Both the position numbers and the translations under genes were made by a program. Positions 1 to 8,782 of a stretch of DNA of 64,000 bases are shown here, piece by piece (the stretch's first letter is position 1; every line of letters begins with the position of its first letter). This DNA is from Acidimicrobiales bacterium. GTDB lineage: Bacteria; Actinomycetota; Acidimicrobiia; Acidimicrobiales; JAJPHD01. The stretch spans positions 10,543 to 74,542 of the forward strand of contig JAVKSL010000004.1 in the NCBI GenBank assembly GCA_039583695.1. Direction: 5' to 3'. The notes under the pieces were generated by a model that was not told the DNA's origin, ran no database searches, and was given only the letters and a program-made list of their open reading frames with translations.

Positions 1-1
1 G

Positions 2-628
2 CTTCACGACGCCGTTGGGCACTCCCAGACCGTGGTCCTCTTTCACGCCGGGGTGGCCAGGATGACCTTCGACACCGACCCGGATCGGGCTCGTCGTGCC
101 CTGGGAGTCGTGGAGGAGCGCAGCCGTGCCACCCTCGAGGAGATGCAGGTCCTGGTCGACTCGCTTCGCAGCTCAGGGGGGCGCCAGCCCCTTCCCACCT
201 TGGCCGACGTCGACGCCCTCGCCAGCGCAACTTCCGAGGTGGGTCTGGATGTGACCCTCACCAGGGACGGCGCCACACGCCAGCTTCCCGCTGCGGTCGA
301 GGTGCCGGCTTATCGCATAGTCCAAGAAGCGCTGACCAACGTCGTGCGCCACGCCAACGCGCACCAGGTGAACGTGACCCTGCGCTATGGGAAGGCCGAC
401 CTGGGCATCGAGGTCCGCGACGACGGAGCAGGCCCGCAGCGACCACCCATGACGCCCCTTGCCTTGGGCGGAGGCAGCGGCGGGAAGGGCCTCGTGGGCA
501 TGCGCGAGCGCGCACTTCGCCTTCAGGGCAAGCTCGACGCCGGGCCTCAACCCGGAGGCGGCTTTGCCGTCAGGGCCTCGCTCAGGCTTCCCGGAGTCCG
601 GGCGGAAGCACAAGAGACCCCGGCTTGA
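2..628 (+). CDS. Two-component sensor histidine kinase (HisKA_3 type), 5'-truncated by the window edge
   Basis: Frame open from base 2 reads LHDAVGH (H-box); EALTNVVRHA (N-box), DDGAG and GKGLVGMRER (G-boxes); overlaps the response regulator start. Confidence 0.9.
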   Translation, partial: LHDAVGHSQTVVLFHAGVARMTFDTDPDRARRALGVVEERSRATLEEMQVLVDSLRSSGGRQPLPTLADVDALASATSEVGLDVTLTRDGATRQLPAAVEVPAYRIVQEALTNVVRHANAHQVNVTLRYGKADLGIEVRDDGAGPQRPPMTPLALGGGSGGKGLVGMRERALRLQGKLDAGPQPGGGFAVRASLRLPGVRAEAQETPA

Positions 629-1269
629 CCACAACCATCGTGGTGGTCGAGGACGAGCCCCTCCTACGGGCGGGCCTGCGCGAGCTGCTCGGTGCAGTGG
701 ACGACCTCAGGGTGGTGGGTGATGCGAAGAACGGCCACGAAGCCCTCGACGTGCTTGCCGCGACCCACCCGGATGTGGCGCTGGTCGACATCGTGATGCC
801 GGTTCTCGACGGGATCGAGCTGACCCGCCGCATCACCAGCGAGGAGGGTGGTCCTCGCGTGCTGCTTCTCACCACCTTCGGCTCCGAGGAGCACCTGATC
901 GAGGGGTTGCGCGCCGGGGCCAGCGGCTTCTTGTTGAAGTCCGCCTCCCCCGAGCAGGTCATCGATGCAGTGCGCACGGTTGCTGCGGGAGACTCAGTGG
1001 TAGCCCCCTCGATGACGCGCTCCCTCATAGAACGAGCGGTAGTCGCTTACTGGCCCAAGAAGGAGTTGCCGCCGCTCAGTCCGAGGGAGCTGGACGTCCT
1101 TGGGCTAATGGCTCGAGGGCGCTCGGACAAGGCAATCGCGCGGGCGCTAGATGTCGCTATACCGACGGTCAAGTCGCACGTCCACCGGGTCCTCTCCAAG
1201 CTGGGCGTCGACAGCCGGACTCAGGCAGCGCTGGTCGCCCGGGACGCCGGCTTGCTCAAGGAGCCTTGA
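625..1269 (+). CDS. NarL/LuxR-family response regulator
   Basis: Receiver motifs VVEDE, DIVMP, GFLLK; C-terminal LSPRELDVL...TVKSHV LuxR HTH. Confidence 0.93.
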   Translation: MTTTIVVVEDEPLLRAGLRELLGAVDDLRVVGDAKNGHEALDVLAATHPDVALVDIVMPVLDGIELTRRITSEEGGPRVLLLTTFGSEEHLIEGLRAGASGFLLKSASPEQVIDAVRTVAAGDSVVAPSMTRSLIERAVVAYWPKKELPPLSPRELDVLGLMARGRSDKAIARALDVAIPTVKSHVHRVLSKLGVDSRTQAALVARDAGLLKEP

Positions 1270-1502
1270 CCACGCCGTCTGCCGACCTCCAACGCCTAGG
1301 CTTGACCCATGATCCTGCCACGCCTGCTGGTGGGTATAGGTGAGGCGGCAACGGGGCTGGGGCTCGCCAAGCCTATCCAGCGTGCTCATCAGGATCGGGC
1401 CCCTGCCCTTGCGCCCAGGGAATTGGCCACCAGTGCCTGCGGCGGGGAACTCGGCGATCACGACTGGGCACGGGACGGCTAGCTGCCTGAGGCCAATTTT
1501 CC

Positions 1503-3068
1503 TCAGACGCTGACCGTGTGAACGGCAGAGATGCCGGGCTCGGCCGCGATGCGGTCCCTTACCTGCTCGCTCACCGAGCTGTCGGTGGTCAGGATCATGA
1601 GGGCGGTGCTGCCGTCCGAGGAGGGATCCACCGCCATGTTGGCGATGTTGATACCAGCTTGGCCGAGGGCTGTGCCCACCAAACCGACCCGTCCCGGGCG
1701 GTCGTCGTAGACCACGATCAGCATGTGATCCGCAGGCCGGACCTCGACCATGTGGTCGTCGACCATCACAATTCGGGCCTCTGCGGCCAGACCAGCCAGT
1801 GTCCCCGCCACCGAGTGGCCGCCGCCGCGCAGGGTCACCTGGTTCACGTAGTGGCGGGTGGTTGTGGTGGTGGTCTCCCGCACCTCGAGACCGCGCTCGG
1901 CTGCCAGCTGGGGGGCGTTCACATAGCTGACCGGTTCCTCCGTTCCCGCGCCGAAGAGGCCCTTGAGCACTGCCAGAGTCAGGATGCGGGTGTCGACGCT
2001 CGCCAGGCCGCCCTGGTACTCGATGCCCAGTGAGTTGGGCAGACCGCCACAGACCGACGCGAGGAACCTCCCCAGCTGCTCGGCCAGAGGAAGGAACGGG
2101 CGCACGGTCTCGGAGGCCTCCGCTGCTGCCACGTTGACAGCGAAGGGCACGAACTCCCCCGCCAGAGCCAGGTTCACCTGCTCGGCAATGGTGACACCCG
2201 CCTTGTCCTGGGCCTCCACGGTACTGGCGCCGAGGTGCGGAGTGACCACCACCGAGTCCAGCTCGAAGAGGGGGGACATGGTGGTCGGCTCGGCGGCGAA
2301 CACGTCGAGCCCGGCCCCTTGGATCACGCCGGAGTGGATGGCTTGGGCGAGGGCCGCCTCGTCCACGATCCCCCCCCTGGCAGTGTTGATGATCCGCAGG
2401 TTCGGCCGAGCTTTGGCCAGAAGCTCAGCGCCGATCAGTCCGGTCGTCTCCTTGGTCTTGGGCAGATGGATGGTGACGAAATCCGCCTGGGTAATCAGGT
2501 CTTCCAGGCCCATCAGCTCGACCCCCAGCTGTCTCGCCCGCTCAGAGGAGACGTAGGGATCGAAGGCGATGAGGCGCAGGCCAAAGGCCGCGGCGCGATG
2601 CGCCACCAAGGCGCCGACCCGACCCAGGCCGACGACGCCCAGGGTCTTGCCGTGAAGCTCCACGCCATCCCAGCGGGAGCGCTCCCAGCGACCGGCGACG
2701 AGTGCTGCGTGGGCCTGGGGCAGGTTTCGGGCCTGGGCGAGCAAGAGCGCCATGGCGTGCTCCGCGGCCGAGAGGACGTTGGACTCCGGTGCGTTCACCA
2801 CCATGACCCCTCGGCGGGTGGCCGCTGGCACGTCCACGTTGTCCAGGCCGATCCCCGCTCGACCCACGACTACGAGATCTTGGCCAGCCTCCAGCACGTC
2901 CTCGGTGACCTTGGTTGCCGAGCGGATCACCAGGGCGGCCGCGCCCACCACAGCCGACCGTAGCTCTTCGGGGGTGAGGTCCAAGCGCACATCCACCACG
3001 TGACCTACTGCGGCCATGGCCGCTAGACCCTGCTCGGCGAGCTTTTCGGTAACCAGGATTCGGGACAT
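1503..3068 (-). CDS. serA: D-3-phosphoglycerate dehydrogenase
   Basis: GLGRVG NAD motif, RAGIGLDNVD, TPHLGAST, C-terminal ACT (DDRPGRVG); TAGGAT 7 nt before ATG. Confidence 0.95.
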   Translation of the reverse strand: MSRILVTEKLAEQGLAAMAAVGHVVDVRLDLTPEELRSAVVGAAALVIRSATKVTEDVLEAGQDLVVVGRAGIGLDNVDVPAATRRGVMVVNAPESNVLSAAEHAMALLLAQARNLPQAHAALVAGRWERSRWDGVELHGKTLGVVGLGRVGALVAHRAAAFGLRLIAFDPYVSSERARQLGVELMGLEDLITQADFVTIHLPKTKETTGLIGAELLAKARPNLRIINTARGGIVDEAALAQAIHSGVIQGAGLDVFAAEPTTMSPLFELDSVVVTPHLGASTVEAQDKAGVTIAEQVNLALAGEFVPFAVNVAAAEASETVRPFLPLAEQLGRFLASVCGGLPNSLGIEYQGGLASVDTRILTLAVLKGLFGAGTEEPVSYVNAPQLAAERGLEVRETTTTTTRHYVNQVTLRGGGHSVAGTLAGLAAEARIVMVDDHMVEVRPADHMLIVVYDDRPGRVGLVGTALGQAGINIANMAVDPSSDGSTALMILTTDSSVSEQVRDRIAAEPGISAVHTVSV

Positions 3069-3274
3069 GCCTTCGATCCTACGGGGCCGCTCAGGAAGGT
3101 TGGCCGTGGTTGGCCCTGGCGCCGTTAGCTGGTCGGCTCACGCCGGAGCAACGTCGGTATTGACGAACGCGTCGTCCAACCCCACCGGGTGCCTAACCTT
3201 TTCATAGCATCGCCACACCGCTCGGATCAGGTTGATCGGGTGGAATATGCCTCCGCCAGCGCGCTTCCAGGCCC

Positions 3275-4237
3275 CTAGGTCAGACCCAACGCAGCGGCGC
3301 AAGCCGGCCACTGACCCCATCCGCTCCGGGCTTGCAGCTTCTCGGCAGCCTGGTTCTGGGTGGCGGGCGAGGCGTTGCTGGGAAGGCCCGAATAGCCGAG
3401 ACTCGACCAGGTGGAGGGTGAGAACTGGTAGGCGCCGTAATATCCGTTGCCCGTGTTCGTGCTGTAGTCACCGCCCGACTCGCACTGAGCCAGGGCTCGG
3501 AAATCGAGGCTCGGCGTTGTGTTGGAGACCGGTGGTGGCGATGCGGCAAGGGACGCCAAGCCGCTTTGGGTGGGCAGGCCTTGGGGGGCAGGGGTCCCGG
3601 GTGGAGCCTGATCCGCTACCACCTGGGCCGCCAGCTGCTTCACCTGAGCCAAGGTGGCTGACTCGGCGTCAAGCGTCGCTCGGAGGCTTTGGTCCTCCGA
3701 AGCCAGGCTGGCGGCGGCTGCGCGCGCCCTGCTCAGCTGCACCGTCAGGATCGCCGTCTGGTTCCGATAGTTGACCTCCGCAGCTTTGTACCGAGCAAGC
3801 CCGTCTGTGACCTGGCCGGTCGTGGCCTCGAGGTAGGTTTGCCCCACCTCGTAGCTGCTGGGATTGCTGGTCAGAGTGTCCAGGAACTGGCTCGGTTGTG
3901 CACCGATCTGAACGAACGCACTCACTGCATCTTGTTGCAGCGCCATCTTGAACGTGCTGACCTCCTGGCTGGCGATCAGCACTGATGCCTTGGCTGCCGC
4001 GGTCTTCACCTTTAAAGCGCTGACTGTGGACAGCGCTGCCTGGTAAGCCACGTCCACTTGGTGCACTTGCACAGATTGTGCGCTGATCTGCGCAGCCAGG
4101 GAAGCGGCCCTGCCGCTGGCAGACGAAGTTGCCCACGCCGGGGTGACCGGCACAACCGCCAGCTGAGCGATGCCGACCAGCACCAGCCCGGCGACCAGCC
4201 ACCCGCGGCGCCCAGAGATCCCCCTAGCAAGGTGCAC
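3275..4237 (-). CDS. Secreted resuscitation-promoting-factor-type lytic transglycosylase with N-terminal coiled coil
   Basis: Signal peptide; C-terminal LAQCESGG...NTGNGYYGAYQF...TW...QWP Rpf domain with catalytic Glu. Confidence 0.85.
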   Translation of the reverse strand: MHLARGISGRRGWLVAGLVLVGIAQLAVVPVTPAWATSSASGRAASLAAQISAQSVQVHQVDVAYQAALSTVSALKVKTAAAKASVLIASQEVSTFKMALQQDAVSAFVQIGAQPSQFLDTLTSNPSSYEVGQTYLEATTGQVTDGLARYKAAEVNYRNQTAILTVQLSRARAAAASLASEDQSLRATLDAESATLAQVKQLAAQVVADQAPPGTPAPQGLPTQSGLASLAASPPPVSNTTPSLDFRALAQCESGGDYSTNTGNGYYGAYQFSPSTWSSLGYSGLPSNASPATQNQAAEKLQARSGWGQWPACAAALGLT

Positions 4238-4294
4238 GACACCGCCATGATAGCCTGGATTGCTGGCAAGCCCTAATTGAGGTGGCGCGGGCGC

Positions 4295-5485
4295 TCAAGC
4301 AGACGTCGCAGCGAAGGTCAGGTTGAAAGGGGATGGACCCACCGACGGCATTTGCACCGGAGTTCCGTCGAGGCTCACCTGGATGTGAGTTGCGTAGCCA
4401 ACACGAAGCCAGAGCGACCCAGAGGCGCTGAAGGTATGAGTAGCTCCTGCTTGCAAGATGCCCTCATAGACGGTCTGGGCACTGGTCGCGCTCGGCTTGG
4501 CCTCGACCCAGCAAGGGCCAGTGGCTGAGACCGCCAGCGTGAAGCTCGAGGACGGTATCGAGTAGGTCGCACCCCCAGAGTTGGAGAACACCGGGGTCAG
4601 GGTGGTCGGCAAGGAGCTGGTCGCGGGGGAGGTCGCGTTATTGGAACCGCCCAGTCTGTTGGTGGCCTGGTGCTTGTGGTGCTGGGCGACGCCATCACTG
4701 AGCGCCAGGGCAGTGGCTGCGCCAGCCACTGCCAAGGCCAACAAGGTAACCGCTGCGCCAGCCCCGGCCTTGGTCCGTAACCGACCTCTGGCGCCGGGCG
4801 ACCACGGTCGGCGGGGCGGACCGGTTGGGCGGGGTGGGCGGGCGCCCAACGGCGGTCGGCGGGACGGACCGGTTGGGCGGGGCGGGCGGGCCCCCAACGG
4901 CGGTCGGCGGGACGATGGTCGAGGTATCGGGGGCTCCGCCCCCGCCCACCAGTGGGCAAGACGCTCATACGACGGCGGTCGGCTGGATGCACCCGCTGGC
5001 CGGGCGAGGCGCGCCTCTCCCCGCCACAAATCGACTCGACTGGGCAGTGGAGCGGCGGGAGGTGGCAGCGGAGCGGCGGGAACCTCAAACCCCTTCGCCA
5101 GCTCCTCCTCGTGGGGAAGAGGCTCGGACACCGGGCCAAGCCACGCGATCCCGGTGTCATCACCAGCGCTCTTGGGCTCGATCAAAGGAAGTGGAACCGC
5201 CGCTACCGCTGGCGGTTGGCGCGGCGCTGGCTCCTGTTCGGCCGGCACGGTGCGCACCGTTGAGGGAGCGGTTGGCGCTCCCAGCCGGAGATCGACGTCC
5301 GGAGGTAACGGCTCCGGCGCCGGGAGACCGTCCTTGCTGCGCTCGGCTAGCGCTGCGAGCACCGCCATCGCCGTTTCGTGACTGCTGACCGAGCGATTCT
5401 CGCGCTTCCAGGGTTTCCTGGCGACGAGCGAGGGCACGCCAATGACCACCACCACGATGGCGATGATGATCACGACGCTACCCAT
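4295..5485 (-). CDS. Membrane protein with C-terminal RodZ-like (DUF4115-type) domain
   Basis: Two hydrophobic segments, Pro/Arg-rich linker, C-terminal GPCWVEA...YEGILQAG...LRVG...VSLDG pattern. Confidence 0.6.
   Translation of the reverse strand: MGSVVIIIAIVVVVIGVPSLVARKPWKRENRSVSSHETAMAVLAALAERSKDGLPAPEPLPPDVDLRLGAPTAPSTVRTVPAEQEPAPRQPPAVAAVPLPLIEPKSAGDDTGIAWLGPVSEPLPHEEELAKGFEVPAAPLPPPAAPLPSRVDLWRGEARLARPAGASSRPPSYERLAHWWAGAEPPIPRPSSRRPPLGARPPRPTGPSRRPPLGARPPRPTGPPRRPWSPGARGRLRTKAGAGAAVTLLALAVAGAATALALSDGVAQHHKHQATNRLGGSNNATSPATSSLPTTLTPVFSNSGGATYSIPSSSFTLAVSATGPCWVEAKPSATSAQTVYEGILQAGATHTFSASGSLWLRVGYATHIQVSLDGTPVQMPSVGPSPFNLTFAATSA
4805..4915. repeat. Intragenic ~48-bp tandem repeat (about 2.3 copies) encoding RRPPLGARPPRPTGP
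   Basis: Unit cggtcggcggg(g)(c/a)cggaccggttgggcggg...cccaacgg repeated; seen in DNA and protein. Confidence 0.8.
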
Positions 5486-5588
5486 CTATCCTGCCCCTCC
5501 CCTCGGAAGCCTCGCTGGAGTGGTACCCATTCAAGTCAATTTTCGATCGGATGTGACATCGCCCAGCTAAAGCAGGACCTGTGAGCCT

Positions 5589-6140
5589 TCAGGTCCGCAA
5601 CCCCAGCCGGGGCCGTACCGCCGCCACGATCTCGGCCCGACGGGGGTTCGATCGGTCCCTGGCCGACACCGCCGGATCGACGAGGCCCCAGTTCGCTCCG
5701 ACCTCGGCGTCGTCCCACGCCACACCCAGCTCGTCGGCTGGGTTGTAGTAGCTGTCGACCATGTACGTAAGGGTCATGTCGGTGATTGCAGCAAATCCGT
5801 GGGCAACGCCTGGTGGGATGAACACCCCCAGCTCGTGCGCGTCCCCGATCTCCAGGGAAAGCGTCGCGCCGTCGGTCGGTGACCCCTCCCGTAGGTCGTG
5901 CAGCACCACCAGCGCCCGGCCATGTGGCACGTACCAGTAATCAGCCTGGTGCAGGTGATAATGCAGCCCCACCAGCGCCCCAGCCGCCTTGTCCGACCGG
6001 CTCCCCTGCACCATCTCCCGACCCAGCGGGAACCACGAGCGCCGGTAGGTCTCCACAAATCGACCTCGTTCGTCGGCATGGACCGCGGGCGCCACGACCA
6101 TCACGTCCGCAATCACCTCCGATGGGCTGATCCTGGTCAC
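5589..6140 (-). CDS. rmlC: dTDP-4-dehydrorhamnose 3,5-epimerase family cupin
   Basis: DERGRFVETY, GLHYH..Q, IPPGVAHGF, YNP.DE.GVAWDD motifs. Confidence 0.85.
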   Translation of the reverse strand: MTRISPSEVIADVMVVAPAVHADERGRFVETYRRSWFPLGREMVQGSRSDKAAGALVGLHYHLHQADYWYVPHGRALVVLHDLREGSPTDGATLSLEIGDAHELGVFIPPGVAHGFAAITDMTLTYMVDSYYNPADELGVAWDDAEVGANWGLVDPAVSARDRSNPRRAEIVAAVRPRLGLRT

Positions 6141-6150
6141 ATCCGCAAGA

Positions 6151-6933
6151 CTAAACTCCGAAGCGGGTCACCAGCTCCCGGTACTCCGCCAAGGGCGCGG
6201 CCACAAATGCCTCGGCGTGCCCCACCCCCATCAGCCCATGAATCGACCGCCACCGGTTGAGCCCCAGCGCCGCGCTCACGTCGAACGCGAGGTGTGCAGT
6301 GCGGTGCTCGGCCAGCGCACGGCGCTTGCGGTCGAGGACCTGGGTAATGTCCACCAGGCGGTTCGCGGGCAGAGGTGTCCAGGTCTCGTAACCCCACACT
6401 TCCAGCGACCCAGACACATCGGCTACCGCCAAAGCCGAGCTCAACGCTTGGTGGTCGGGGTGGTCGTCGAGCCACCATGGCAGCAGCACCACCTCGGGCT
6501 CCACCTCGGCAACCACGGAGCTGATCGAGCTGGCCAGGGCATCCACCGATCCGGGAAGCCCGCCGTCAGCCAATCCGAGGTGCCTCACGTCGCCCACTCC
6601 AAGGATTCGGCAGGCCGCCCTGGCCTCCTCCCGGCGCAGCGCCCCAGTGGTGGCGGGGTCCCCAGCCGACCCGCGGGTTGCCTCCCCGTCGGTGGCCAGC
6701 ACGGCGGTGACGACCGCCCCGGCGTCGCAGAGCAGGGCGAGCGTGCCCGCCGCCCCGACACTCTCGTCGTCGGGGTGCGCGGCAAGGATAAGCACCCGTG
6801 ACCACTCAGGCAGCCCGACCACTGGTCCCCTCCCCGCCAACGAACGCAGGCTGAGCAGCAGCGGCCAAGCGCTCCGCGGTACCGCTGGCTTGGCCCGCGC
6901 CGCCGCCCGCACCAGCGCTCGAGGAGCCCGCAC
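6151..6933 (-). CDS. PIG-L family deacetylase
   Basis: AAHPDDE, RREEA, DHPDH motifs. Confidence 0.9.
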   Translation of the reverse strand: MRAPRALVRAAARAKPAVPRSAWPLLLSLRSLAGRGPVVGLPEWSRVLILAAHPDDESVGAAGTLALLCDAGAVVTAVLATDGEATRGSAGDPATTGALRREEARAACRILGVGDVRHLGLADGGLPGSVDALASSISSVVAEVEPEVVLLPWWLDDHPDHQALSSALAVADVSGSLEVWGYETWTPLPANRLVDITQVLDRKRRALAEHRTAHLAFDVSAALGLNRWRSIHGLMGVGHAEAFVAAPLAEYRELVTRFGV

Positions 6934-6959
6934 CGGCCCAGGTTAGCCACCGTTCAAGC

Positions 6960-7020
6960 CGGCAGGCGATCACGGCGGCCCGGCAGGCGATCACGGCGGC
7001 CCGGCGGCCCGGCGGCCCGG
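6960..7020. repeat. Intergenic 21-bp tandem duplication followed by short cggcggccc-like repeats
   Basis: cggcaggcgatcacggcggcc x2 directly visible. Confidence 0.8.
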
Positions 7021-7067
7021 CTGGCCTCAGGTCGAGGGTGGGCACGGCGGCCCGGAACGCACCGGAC

Positions 7068-8120
7068 CTATTTCGCCAAGGAGCCAGTGCTCCACCGAGT
7101 CAACCGTTTCCAGACCGACCCGACGATCAACCAGGCCAGCTCGAACGCCAGCGCCCACGCCCGCCAGGCCACGGCGACAGCGAGGGCGTCACCCGCCCCA
7201 AATCGCGGCCCCAGCAGCACGACCAGCAGCGCCTCGCGCACCCCGATCCCCGCCGGGGCAACAGACAGCACGCCGGCTATCGAGGCTCCCTGCACCGCCC
7301 CCACCAGCAGAGGAACCTCGCCGGGATGAACGCTGAGCATCCCCGCCGCCATCAGGACAAATGCGGCGGTGTTGGCGACCGTGCTCAAGCCATAGCATAA
7401 GCAGGCGCCGTAGACGGCACCCGGTGCGGCGCCCAAGGCGGGGACACGTGCCGCCAGGCGGGGCGCCAGACGGGGTGCCAGCCGGGCCATAATGGCCGAG
7501 CCGAGCCGCATCCCCCACGGAGCCAGCACCAGCACCACCAACCCACCGGCCGTGACCAGGACCCGGGCGGGCGCCGGCAGGACGCTGGAGGGCAGCGCTG
7601 CGCCGCTGATCACGGCCCCCCACGCCAGGAGGATCCCCAGCTCGACGACATTGCTGGTGGCCCCAAGCGCACGGGGAACCCCGGCCCGGGCGGCAAGCAC
7701 CTCCCTGGAGGCGACAGCAAACGCCCCGGTCGGTAGGTAGCGGCTGGCCTGCGAGCGCCACCAGATCCTCACGGCGGCCGCACGCCCGAGAGTCGCCCCC
7801 CAAGCAGCCAGCAGTCGCCGCCACCCCAGCGCCAGCGCCAGCCCGGCGACCCCGCTGCACGGCACCGCCAGGACCAGCCAGCCCGCGTGCAGGGCGACGT
7901 GGATCTTCGCCAGGTCCCGATAGTCGCCCACCACGTAGCGGGCCAGAAACGCAGCCACCGCTGCCGCCACGACCACCCCCGCCACCCGGCCCCAGCGCCC
8001 CCTGGCAATTTGTCGAAATCTTGCCCAGTGCCCCTTTGCACCTGCGCCCTCTTGCTCCGGCGGTTGCTCCGGCGGTTGATCCGGCGGTTGATCGGGTGAC
8101 GGCGCCCCCCCGGCGCTCAC
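7068..8120 (-). CDS. Lysylphosphatidylglycerol-synthase-TM-like (flippase-like) membrane protein
   Basis: SQASRYLPTG and PAGIGVRE motifs, many TM helices; GTG at 8120 overlaps the upstream stop; ORF extension to 8420 judged spurious. Confidence 0.75.
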   Translation of the reverse strand: MSAGGAPSPDQPPDQPPEQPPEQEGAGAKGHWARFRQIARGRWGRVAGVVVAAAVAAFLARYVVGDYRDLAKIHVALHAGWLVLAVPCSGVAGLALALGWRRLLAAWGATLGRAAAVRIWWRSQASRYLPTGAFAVASREVLAARAGVPRALGATSNVVELGILLAWGAVISGAALPSSVLPAPARVLVTAGGLVVLVLAPWGMRLGSAIMARLAPRLAPRLAARVPALGAAPGAVYGACLCYGLSTVANTAAFVLMAAGMLSVHPGEVPLLVGAVQGASIAGVLSVAPAGIGVREALLVVLLGPRFGAGDALAVAVAWRAWALAFELAWLIVGSVWKRLTRWSTGSLAK

Positions 8121-8716
8121 GGCTCGAAGCGCCCGAACCCGCCCCGGTAGAAGACCAGGGCATGGGCGCCGCTCCGGGCGCCGAGGTCGAGCACCTCCCC
8201 GACGGCGAGCAGGTGGTCTCCCCCGTCGTGAGTGCCGATGAGACGGCACTCCACCCACGCCAGGACATCGGCGAGGATCGGCGAGCCGGTGGTCCCGGTC
8301 GACCAAGCCACACCGTGGAACTTGTCCGCGCCCTTGGTGGCGAAGACGCGCGCGATGGCTTCTTGGGTGTCGGTAAGCACGTTCACGCAGAACACGCCGA
8401 CCTCGGCGATGCGCGCCCAAGTGGCCGAGCTGCGAGCCGGAGCGAAAGCTACCAGGGCGGGGTCGAGGGAAAGGGCGGCGAAGGCTTGGCAGGTGAACCC
8501 GTACGGGCCGGGCGTCGTGACAACTGTCACACCGCTGACAAAATGGCCCAAAACCTGCCGGAAGCGAGCCTGCTCGAGGCTGAGGCCGGAGGGGTCCTGG
8601 TCGTCGTCGTCGAAGCCGATGATCCCGCTAGTCAAGCTGGCCCGAGCAAGAAGTCCGGCTCTGGCGTCCAGTCGTGGATCCTTGGGCTCCCGCGGCATGT
8701 CAAAGGCTGATATCAC
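8117..8716 (-). CDS. Flavin reductase family protein
   Basis: FRQVLGHFVSGVTVVT, SLDPALV, GGDH motifs. Confidence 0.9.
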   Translation of the reverse strand: MISAFDMPREPKDPRLDARAGLLARASLTSGIIGFDDDDQDPSGLSLEQARFRQVLGHFVSGVTVVTTPGPYGFTCQAFAALSLDPALVAFAPARSSATWARIAEVGVFCVNVLTDTQEAIARVFATKGADKFHGVAWSTGTTGSPILADVLAWVECRLIGTHDGGDHLLAVGEVLDLGARSGAHALVFYRGGFGRFEP

Positions 8717-8732
8717 CCCTCCCGGGGCGCAT

Positions 8733-8773
8733 CTTGGGCAGTTTTGGCACGAAATAGGCCGCCATCGCCCAAA
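8733..8773. repeat. Intergenic imperfect palindrome (REP-like)
   Basis: Minus strand tttgggcgat...aaactgcccaag; ends shared with the element at 63457-63589. Confidence 0.5.
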
Positions 8774-8782
8774 CTACGCTCC

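Noticed and set aside
3085-3274. Possible sRNA or small ORF between the Rpf gene and serA
   Set aside because: No convincing stem, start signal or coding pattern found
4238-4294. c-di-AMP riboswitch upstream of the Rpf gene
   Set aside because: The gap is only 57 nt, too short, and lacks the motifs
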